From: Octopus sinensis
Lineage: Eukaryota
Assembly: GCF_006345805.1 (NCBI RefSeq)
Contig: NW_021824095.1
Location: 1 to 19,978 of the forward strand
Direction: 5' to 3'
Length of the DNA stretch: 19,978 nucleotides
Below, in pieces: positions 1 to 9,240 of the stretch; positions within the stretch are counted from its first letter, which is position 1; every line of letters begins with the position of its first letter. Position numbers and translations under genes: made by a program. The notes under the pieces were generated by a model that saw only the letters and a list, made by a program, of their open reading frames with translations, was not told the origin of the DNA and did not search any database.

Positions 1-159
1 TATGAAGCATTAGATTTTTTCTCATTATTCTAAAATATCCATTATAAATTTTAAAATATTATTTTTATTTATGAAATCGGTTTTAAAGCTCATTCTGCTT
101 TGGCATCGATTTTAAATTTTGTTATCGAATATATTTAAACCCAATACTCAAATACCCAG

Positions 160-1043
160 GTGTTGGCGAAGGCGGCCATAAACTTGCCTTAGTTACTCCG
201 CAAAAGTCAGCACTAGTCCTAAAGGGGATTCCGCGATGGATCTCCAATCGGGACCTAGAGCTGCACCTGAAGGAAACCCTCAGTTCGGTGTTCGTTCTCG
301 AGCGATTCACGCGAGATGGTCTGAACATCCCAGTTGCTAAGCTGACGCTTGACTCACGAGCTGAAGCTACTTCTTTGATCCGCACCGGAATCACAGCTGG
401 TTTCTGCCTTATCACCTGTGAATGGTTCAGACCTCCTGTCGTCCGATGTTTCCATTGTCAGAGATTCGGACACCTGTCCCGTAACTGTCAAGAAAAGCCC
501 GGTGCTTATACTGCGGCAAAGACCACGACCGAAGGGAATGCCCAGGCAGCAAACAAAGTCTAGTGGAGCCTGCGGTCGGCATTGTATCAATTGTGACCGC
601 CCCGGCCACCTCGCTTCGTATGGTGGATGCCCGACGGCCAAAGCTGCAACAGCAGCTAAATGGGCCGCCCGCGCAGAAGCAATGCCTCGGTCTCTAACCC
701 AACCCGCATGGTAATGGTAAAAGCTAAGCCGGTCACGCCTATCTGGAAAGTAAGGCCGCTAATAACCCCGTGTGTGGCGGACGCCCATACCCAGACGACG
801 CAAGTAGTTGAGGTTGGTGCGCAGAGCATGCAGGCCCCTGTCGCCGAGGCTGTGAAACCGAGGCCCGTCAGCCCAATAAGGAACGGTACTCAGCAGGCCA
901 AAACGCAGGCGAAGGTAGACTCTCACAACAAGGATGCTCTGTTGGAATTTTACCAACGCTGTGTCGACGCATTGCTGAAACTGGGAGTCAAACCCAAGAA
1001 GCTAGAAGAGCTCCTATCAGAGAGGAGCTCGCCAGCAAAATGA
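160..1043 (+). CDS. LINE ORF1, gag-like nucleic-acid-binding protein with three CCHC zinc knuckles (split over several frames, start missing)
   Basis: LVLKGIPRWIS pre-knuckle segment, then CFHCQRFGHLSRNC, CLYCGKDHDRREC and CINCDRPGHLASYGGC; last frame ends at TGA 1041-1043. Confidence 0.85.
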
Positions 1044-3647
1044 CCACGCCACTAAAAATCATCGCTGTGTGAATGCCCGATCTGTCAAGAGACGGCACCT
1101 CGACTTCGTTGAGATGGTAAACAGCGGCCATCCTGACTTAATCGTCGTCAACGAGTCTAAGCTGAAAGAAGGTCAATGCTTCGAATTGCCAGGATACTGC
1201 TCCCTTGACCTGAAATGGAGAAATAACTCTACGCCTGGGACTGGGACGACTATCTACTACTGCAAAATCTCAAGACACGTAACCTCAAGACTATCGAACG
1301 GAACCTATGCGAATTTATCTCGCTAGAGATTAAACCCAGCGCTTTTGGTTAAAAGTGGGCGGAATATATTGCAAAAACCTTGCTCCATGCATCGGTCTTA
1401 TCGAAGACTTCTTTGTCAGCTCAAATCATTGCCTCCTCATCGGTGATCTAAACTCCAAACACACGGCATTTGGTTGTCGCGTGACCAATCGGGACGGCCG
1501 GTTACTTAAAGAGCGGCAGGTAGGCTAGACGTCTGTGTCCGCACCTCGAAAGCCCGGAACCACCGCTCCCCATTCGGCTGGGACAACCTTTGCGTAGCAC
1601 TGAGCTCTCAATCAGTCGCGAATCTTATGGGAGAACCAATAGTACTCGACGATATTGGGAGCGACCACCTGCCAATGCAGGTCTGTGTCCACGTCTCGGT
1701 AGACACCAAATCCGTTGCCCACCACGATACACCCTTTCGAACATCAACTGGGCGCACTACCGTTATGCTCTGAACTTGTTCTTTCGCAACAACGTACGCC
1801 CAGGCAGCTATCAATCTACCTCGGACATCGACACACTCGGGCGCCGAATTGACGGACTTCATGCGACTCTACTTGGAAGCCCACGCTAGGAGGGTGCGCC
1901 CAACTAGCAAGGGCATTACACATCAAAAACCCAAACTTCTCCAACTTCTGGGCGAAAAGAAACGCCTGCGAAACAAGCTCAAACGCTGTGCCGACCCAAC
2001 GGACCAAGGTACCCTAAGGTCGGAAATCTCTCTGCTCAACCACAAAATTGAACTCACAAGAAAGAAAGATCTTGAGAGGATGTGGAAGAAGCCTGCTCTG
2101 GTCTTAATCACAGGAACCCAAACTTCTGGATAGCCTACAACAGACTCTCTAATCATCTCGTGAACTCTCCGGCACCAGAATTATCGAACTCAGCTGGAAT
2201 GCCTGCGTCGGTGGAGGAAATCCCCAACATATTTGCTGATCACCTGGACCGTCCTCTGCCGGACCATGAGGATCGCTGGGGAAACTCACATGCCAGTCCT
2301 ATAGACCAAGCAGACTCCCTATCTGTTGATCATCACCCAATCACCGCGCTGAGGTGACCTGGGCCATCCTCTCGGCGAGGGACAACGCACCGGGGCATGA
2401 CATGCTACCAATGAAAATGTTCAAAGAAGGCCCTCCGGAACTGTCTGAGTTTTTGGCACGCCTCTTCTCGGCTAGTCTTCGCTGGAGCCACGTTCCAAGT
2501 GCCTGGAAAGTCGCCGAAATCCGGATGATCAAGAAACCTGCAAAACCAGCTAACCTTGCCAGCAGCTATCGACCCATCAGTCTAATACCAACGATCTCGA
2601 GGCTTATGGAAAAAATTATGACCAAACGCTTCGACTCCTTCGCTGAGCAGAAATGCGTGCTTCTGCCCCAGCAGTGGGGCTTCCGCTCGGGGCGCAGCTG
2701 CGCCGATTGTTTTCTGATTCTCCAATCGATGGCTTTGAAAGCAATGGAGTTCAACGAAACTTTATCTTGCATCTGCCTTGACATCTCTAAAGCATTCGAC
2801 AGCGTGTACCACCCAGACCTATTGGACAGGGTTCGCAGTTGTGAGCCAACGAGAGAGGCATTTCTCTGGCTGAATTGCTTTCTTTCTAACCGTATCTCCT
2901 TTGTGTCCCAGTCGGGCTTCCACTCCAGAGATATACATCTCCGAAGGGGTGTCCCGCAGGGATCCAGTCTCAGCCCGCTGCTGTTCAACCTTGTGATGAG
3001 CAGCTTCCCTTCCTTCCCCAATCCGCGGACAACTTTCCTCTTGTACGCTGATGACGTCCTCATTATGGATATTTCAAAAAGCCCCGCACTCTCGGAGCAC
3101 CGTCTTTCCAGCTACATCGGAATGATAGAGACCTGGTGTCGGGGTAAACAACTATCCATTGCTATGGACAAGTCGGCGTACCTTGAAATTAACTCACGGC
3201 GCAAATCGAGGCAAGAGCCTGAGATTCTCAGAAGACTTCCCCGCCCGAGCCACATTCGCTATCTGGGCTTGACGGTAGACTCTAACTCGGAGTACTTACT
3301 GCACATCACCCAAAAAAGGAAAAAGGCCGTTGCGGCCCTTCGCTTCCTGAGGGGTATGCATTTGGCCCCCGACACTTTTCTGTTTGTCTTCGCGCGCGAC
3401 GATTCTCCCAAGTCTCTTGTATGGGATGGAGGCGTGGCACTACTCAAACCAATTCGGAAAAATATTGAAAAAATGTGAGAAGATCCGTCGCTATGCGTTA
3501 AAGCTAGCGTACAGATTGGATCTACGCGCCCCGCTACCCAACTGGGCAGAGGAGAAATCTCCACTAATCGAGAAAGTCATCCTTGATTCCATCCGAACTT
3601 TTCGTCGGCGGTCTCAGGTGACCGATCTTTTCGTGGATCGCGTCTGA
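1040..3647 (+). CDS. LINE ORF2, apurinic-like endonuclease + reverse transcriptase (frameshifted as assembled)
   Basis: ATG 1040 (MTTPLKIIAV..NARSV); APE motifs VVNESKL, LIGDLNSKH (~1435-1460), GSDHLP (~1657-1675); RT motifs YRPISL, QWGFRSGRS, LDISKAFDSV, GVPQGSSLSPLLF, YADD in ORF 2354-3478; C-terminal ILPSLLYGMEAW to stop at 3647. Confidence 0.93.
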
Positions 3648-3813
3648 AATTCAATCAGAGAGTGACTCTTCAAAAACCCGGCTCATATATTCCCTTAGGA
3701 CGAATCTCGGCAGAGCTCGACTGTCTTCGCAGTCGTCTCGTTTAACCTCGTCCAACCTTTTTACTTAGTCTCTGTTTTACTTACAATAAAAACTTTCCAT
3801 TCCATTCCAATAC

Positions 3814-4424
3814 CAGGGTTCGCAGTTGTGAGCCAACGAGAGAGGCGTTCTCTGGCTGAATTGCTTTCTTTCTAACCGTATCTCCTTTGTGTCCCAGTCG
3901 GGCTTCACTCCAGAGATATACATCTCGAAGGGGTGTCCCGCAGGGATCCAGTCTCAGCCCGCTGCTGTTCAACCTTGTGATGAGCAGCTTCCCTTCCTTC
4001 CCCAATCCGCGGACAACTTTCCTCTTGTACGCTGATGACGTCCTCATTATGGATATTTCAAAAAGCCCCGCACTCTCGGAGCACCGTCTTTCCAGCTACA
4101 TCGGAATGATAGAGACCTGGTGTCGGGGTAAACAACTATCCATTGCTATGGACAAGTCGGCGTACCTTGAAATTAACTCACGGCGCAAATCGAGGCAAGA
4201 GCCTGAGATTCTCAGAGACTTCCCCGCCCGAGCCACATTCGCTATCTGGGCTTGACGGTAGACTCTAACTCGAGTAGTACTTACTGCACATCACAAAAAA
4301 AGGAAAAAGGCCGTTGCGGCCCTTCGCTTCCTGAGGGGTATGCATTTGGCCCCCGACACTTTTCTGTTTGTCTTTCGCGCGACGATTCTCCCAAGTTCTT
4401 GTATGGGATGGAGGCGTGGCACTA
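3814..4424 (+). mobile_element. Near-identical duplicate (A') of internal RT segment 2827-3442 of element A
   Basis: Starts CAGGGTTCGCAGTTGTGAGCC as at 2827 and matches to GGCGTGGCACTA; differences are mostly 1-2 nt indels; lacks the 3' tail. Confidence 0.95.
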
Positions 4425-5465
4425 TGGAAAGGGTAATGTTTGAACGACTCTCTGAACACGTCGAGAGAAATGGTTATCTCAAAGACGTGCAGTGGGGCTT
4501 TCGGAGGGGTCGTTCCTGTGCTGACTGTCTTTATACACTCAATTCGTCGATTGTAAAGGCTCTGGATTTCAAAGAGTGTCTGACAATTGTGTCTCTAGAC
4601 ATCTCAAAAGCCTTTGATATGGTTTGGCACCTCGGTCTCCTTAGACATCTGGCGAAGTGTCACATAGACAAAGGACTATTCCTATGGCTAAAAGACTTCC
4701 TCCGCGACAGGCGCTCTGTGATAAGCTTTCTGAACTATGACTCGGATGAACTGAAACTTAAAAGAGGCGTCCCTCAAGGATCAGTCCTCAGTCCTCTATT
4801 ATTCAACATTGTGATGAGCAATCTGCCGTCTCCTGTCAACACACGGACGGAAATTTTGATATACGCCGATGATGTTGTAATCCTTGACATTTCATCGAAA
4901 CCTGCCTTATCCGAACAAAGGATTATATCATATATGAATACAGTGGAGCAATGGTGCGATGAAAATATGTTCATTATTGCGCGTGAGAAGTCCGCATTAC
5001 TGAGAATCACAGAAAGCAGAAATTTAATAAATTTACCGTGCCTGATCAAGAACATACCTCGACAAAACTCAATTAATATCTTGGCTTGTTCATCGATGAA
5101 AAGGGAAACTATCTCGAAAACGCAAAATTAAGTAAAAGGAAAGCAACTAATGCTCTCTTCTGCCTGAGGAAGTTAATTTGGAGCCTGATACTTTCCTCTA
5201 CGTTTTCAATACGGTGATCCTACCGGGACTACTATACGGAAAAGAGGGATGGTACTTCTCTAAAAAGAAGGACACCATCTTAACTAAATTTGAAAAGTCT
5301 CGCAGGCTCGCTTTGAAGCTTGCTTACCACCAAAAAGTTGAAGATCCAATCCCCCTGTGGCTTGAAAGTAAATCCTCCATGGTCGGTGTGAAAACTGTCG
5401 AAAAAGCTAAAGTGGTTATAAATCAACTCAATTGTCACTGGGACGTACCTGCAGAGGTAGAAAAG

Positions 5466-5499
<34 letters not shown>

Positions 5500-5624
5500 A
5501 CTTGAGGGGGTCCCTTTTTTTTTTGGGAAGAAGTCGATAGGGTAGTCCTATTGTTTCATTATACAAACTCCCCCTAACCTTTAACCCTTCTCTGTTTCCA
5601 ATAAAACTTCCTATTCCTATTCCT
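4424..5624 (+). mobile_element. 5'-truncated LINE 'element B', a diverged sister family of A (RT core, C-terminus and 3' UTR)
   Basis: MERVMFERL..QWGFRRGRS..LDISKAFDMV..GVPQGSVLSPLLF..YADD; C-terminal PDTFLYVF..ILPGLLYGKEGW..RRLALKLAY parallels A; AATAAA 5600-5605 then (TTCCTA)~3 at 5608-5624. Confidence 0.92.
5461..5496 (+). repeat. A-rich homopolymer tract inside element B, upstream of its structured 3' UTR
   Basis: AAAAG followed by about 31 A. Confidence 0.9.
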
Positions 5625-5673
5625 GGGTATTTGTCAATATAGATTTGTTGATTGATCGGATCTAGAAATGAGT

Positions 5674-5724
5674 GGTCGCTCGCTGCGCTCGGTCGCTCGC
5701 TGCGCTCGGTCGCTCGCTGCGCTC
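5674..5724. repeat. Perfect GC-rich tandem repeat, 3 x 17 bp (GGTCGCTCGCTGCGCTC)
   Basis: Units at 5674-5690, 5691-5707, 5708-5724. Confidence 0.97.
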
Positions 5725-5949
5725 GCGACATAATATAAATCAAAATATTGTTCTTAACGAACAGCTCAGTTTTTTTACTGAGCCTATTCAATGATTTTCA
5801 AAATTTATTTTCTAATATATTTTTCAATACGAATTCGACTAGTGAAAGATTCATTAAAGTCTATAAAAGTAAAACCTACAATTTTTTTATACTAGGTTAG
5901 CAACTTATTTTTATTTAAGTAGATTCGATAATGAAAGTTATCGTAAACA

Positions 5950-6336
5950 CTATTTAGTAGTTGTTGATAACCATTGATTTTCAGGTAGGCATTACGAATT
6001 CTGCATCACAAATGATCGAAGCCCTCTATTCTCACTGCGTACATTAACTGTTTTAGATGTCCCCTAAAATAATAATCTATTGGGTTAAGATCAGGCGATC
6101 GAGAGGCCCATTCGATAGTTTCTCTCAAGGAAATTAACAAACTGATTTATTTGGACTTTGTATAACTTTATTAACGACTATTTTACGAGTTTCAATAGTC
6201 ACTGTAGGGCGACCACTTCTCTCCTTGTCGTGAACATTGCCCGTTTTTTTGAATTTTGTGAATAAGCGACCGACTGTTGCATAGCTTTATGTCTACACTT
6301 TTATGGCTTGAGTTGAAGGACTTTATGCCAACCCTG
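5950..6336 (-). mobile_element. Internally deleted Tc1/mariner-superfamily relic (rosa/maT, DDxD-like)
   Basis: Minus strand: TA|CAGGGTTGGCATAAAGTCC terminus at 6336; HTH/linker TVGRLFTKFKKTGNVHDKERSGRP; C-terminal IEWASRSPDLNPIDYYFRGHLKQLMY (WPPRSPDL..D-type motif). Second TIR not found. Confidence 0.75.
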
Positions 6337-6427
6337 TATATACCATCGAAAACTGATAAAATCATATTAATTGAATTAGTCTCATTTACTATCAATATAG
6401 TTGTCATGATAACCATCCTATTTTACA

Positions 6428-7081
6428 ATGTTCACAAATACTTTCCAAAGCGGCATGTTGTCCATTTTGTACAGCATTGGCAGTAAGCCACTCCAAATAT
6501 GGGACAAACAGGCACATCTCCTCTATCATTACCACAGGTCAAGAACGGACACATCAAGAGAATCACCGACAACGACATCCAGTCACTCGTCCTCGAAATT
6601 GCCGGCACTAATGTCAGGTCCACTCATTCCCCCCACTCCTTAGCACCACCTACATCACCTGTCCTATGGACTTGTCCACTCTCGGCATCAAACTCCCCTT
6701 TCTTGTCATGATCATCAAAAACCTCAAAAAGTACTTCACTTTCGAAGTCCAAGTTCTCGACGACAAAAACGTCAAACGACGATTCCGTGCCAGCAACTAC
6801 CAAAGCACCACCCGAGTTAAGCCCTTCATCTGCACTATGCCCATGCGACTCGACGACGGGTGGAACCAAATACAGTTCAACCTGTCGGACTTCACCAGAC
6901 GTGCCTACGGGACTAATTACATCGAGACATTGAGGGTCCAGGTCACTCCCTCTCCCCATTCTAGATACATGCAAACTGCCGCATTCGACGAGTCTTTTTC
7001 TCCGAGAGGCTCTACTTCGAGGACGAACTCCCCGCAGAGTTCAAGTTGTATCTCCCCGTCCAAAACAAGGCTCGTTCTTAA
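6428..7081 (+). CDS. CFAP20: Cilia- and flagella-associated protein 20 (BUG22/FAP20), 192 aa; exons 6428-6511, 6538-6617, 6644-6941, 6965-7081
   Basis: Spliced product [28 protein letters not shown]|[27 protein letters not shown]|[36 protein letters not shown]...YIETLRVQ|[38 protein letters not shown]; 579 nt in frame after removing three introns; near-identical to the conserved CFAP20 sequence. Confidence 0.97.
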
Positions 7082-7599
7082 CACACTAATTCACTATTAA
7101 CGCTTATATGTTCGGGTTATGATATCCTTTCCCATCCCTTCAGACAAGTCCTCCTGTCACATTAACTGAACTGCCATTATTATATCCAGCATATTCGGGA
7201 GATCAATCAGTCCAAGATGTAGGTAGACATCTCTGACTTAAAGGCGCTTCACTTTTCAGTAAATAATGTGCGATGTCGAATGGTATCAAAAAAAACTTTC
7301 ACTGATACCATTAATTTTATCTCGCTACATATCCTTGTTGAATTCTGAATGTAACTCATTTTTGACAATGTAAACTAAATATTTATTGACTACTATAAAG
7401 AAGGAATCTGAATGTGACTGGTTTCTAAAATTTTGGATTGCCAAGGCAATAGATTTGAAAGATGCCTTCATCTCTCGTGAATTCGTGTGCGAATCGATTA
7501 GCGTTTGCAATGTCAGAGTTTTATCAAAAGGAAATTCCTAGATTTTAACTCAAATACATTTTTAATGTAGAGAGAAAAACAGTAAAATTCAGTAAGGGA

Positions 7600-7975
7600 A
7601 ATATCATTGTATGGGGTGCCATATGGATTTAGTAATTTGGTTTGGATAAAAGAGAAGATGGATAGAGCTTTGTATGCTAACATACTAACGAATAATCTTA
7701 TCTCATTTCTGAACAAAATCGAAATTAAAGATCTTATTTCCCAACAAGACAATGATCCGAAACATACTTCAGCAATAGCAAGGCGTTTTTTTCAAATAAA
7801 TAATATCGAATTGCACCGTGGCCTGCACAAAGCCTAGATTTAAACCCTATAGAGAATGTTTGGGCTTTTATTAAAAAAAATCAAAACAAGATAATTTTTG
7901 AAAAAGGAACATTTATTTGCAGAAATATCATCATTTTGGAATGAACTCAAAATAGAATACGCAAAAAGTCTAATT
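7600..7975 (+). mobile_element. Tc1-family transposase fragment (DDE catalytic domain, frameshifted)
   Basis: LVWIKEKMDRALYANIL..QQDNDPKHTS and, after a frameshift, SLDLNPIENVWAFIKK. Confidence 0.88.
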
Positions 7976-8391
7976 CATGCTTGTTCAGTTTTTATTTTTT
8001 TGACTGATCGACTGGTTAGCCACCCCTGGTTCATCGCCACTTTCTTGCACTGTTTTTTGATTGAGAGAAACTATAAAAAGTATTTAAATTTAAAGACCAC
8101 TAACTCAAAACGATTTTCTAGATAAATCTTCCTTTTCTCAATTGTTGACCAGTTCGAGGTTGATCTAACATATATATCAATTTATTTTGTTAAATACATG
8201 AATGAATAAAAGGGAATAAAATTGGATATCCATTATATGAATCATACGCCCTTATGCATGTGAAATTGTTTTCATTTTTAGATTCACTCTTAAAATATCT
8301 AAATATCACTGATACAGTGCTATAGTAGTTATTCGCCATGTAGAGAGGCATGTATGTATATCTCCAATTAAACTAACTTATTATTTTAAAA

Positions 8392-8970
8392 TTAAACAGT
8401 GTCTGGCGAGAGTATTTCGACGATGTAGTCCGTGGAACAGTTCTCAGCATATAAAAGCCACTTATCCTCGAACATTCTCCACCCAGTCAAGTACCCCCGG
8501 GTAATTCCAATGGGAGTCAGCAGGTGTTTCCAGAGTAACTATAATGAATACTCAAGACAATACTTCTTCACTAGTCATTTCAATACCGTTGAATAGTCCT
8601 TTCACTTCGATAACTCGTGTGGTAATTATCCCCCTGACTTTGGTCTGGGTCGGGTCGAAAATAAGGAAATACAAGTCTAAAAATGTGATTTGATAAATAT
8701 GATTCCACTTTTAACCGCAGATATAAGATCATCAAGTTTTGCCCCAACTTTCCTCATTCTCCGGAAGAGCAGTTTTAATATCTGTATTTTAGGAAAAATC
8801 ATATGGATGACTTCACGAAAGGAAAAATTTCACGGAAAAATGCGTTTTTCTCGTTGACACATTTGATCTACCGGAAAGTCAAGACCTTGTTTCCTCCAGA
8901 CTTTGCTGAAATGAGCCACATTTGTGTCCAAGGAAAATTCAGAAAAGGAGCGTAGAATTTCCATGACAAG
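8392..8970 (-). pseudogene. Possible degraded SnoaL/DUF4440 (NTF2-fold)-like gene
   Basis: Minus-strand pieces KVWRKQG; AKLDDLISAVKSG; FDPTQTKVRG..IEMTSEEV; RGYLTGWRMFEDKWLLYAEN..TV*. Pattern resemblance only, with stops and frameshifts. Confidence 0.3.
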
Positions 8971-9240
8971 TGTGTGAATCACGAGCAGTTAAAAAAACAT
9001 AAACTCTCAGCCACGGGGGCGAATCACGTAACAAGTATTGCAATGGATGTTGGGGCAATCAATAAGCGACTGAATGAAGGAAATAGCCACCACGAGACAT
9101 CAGTGAAACTTGTCAAACACACGAAAGCTGTATCCTGGCCTATGAATCTGGCAGAAAGAGGCGGATCGACAGCAAAGAAGAGTTAATGAAGTTGGGATGT
9201 GTGTCAGCTTGTGGAATATTGAGGGAATATAAGAATGGGG

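Larger units (their letters stand above)
160..3809 (+). mobile_element. Non-LTR retrotransposon (LINE) 'element A', Jockey/I-group-like: gag-like ORF1 + APE-RT ORF2, slightly 5'-truncated, frameshifted as assembled
   Basis: Abrupt GC rise near 160; ORF1 zinc knuckles, APE motifs and RT motifs in the expected order; 3' end with AATAAA (3785-3790) and (TTCCA)3 (3795-3809). No RNase H domain recognised. Confidence 0.95.

Noticed and set aside
3695-3760. Hammerhead or HDV-like ribozyme in the LINE 3' UTR
   Set aside because: No CUGAnGA/GAAA core and no nested double pseudoknot could be traced; kept only as a structured element.
2566-5055. Antisense ORFs 2566-3063, 3781-4047, 4774-5055
   Set aside because: Shadow frames of the RT coding strand with no independent protein features.
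2354-5131. Prokaryotic RT system (retron, DGR template/variable repeat, group II intron) suggested by RT plus a duplicated segment
   Set aside because: RT is linked to APE and gag-like knuckles typical of LINEs; the duplicate differs by indels rather than adenine-specific substitutions; context is eukaryotic.
5674-5724. CRISPR array or vector contamination
   Set aside because: Repeats have no spacers and no cas genes are present; similarity to the pUC origin region is limited to one 17-mer with no flanking vector sequence.
6624-6974. 116-aa minus-strand ORF
   Set aside because: Antisense shadow of CFAP20 exon 3.
7279-7312. 10-bp inverted repeat AATGGTATCA / TGATACCATT
   Set aside because: Isolated, AT-rich, with no TSD or second copy; no function can be supported.
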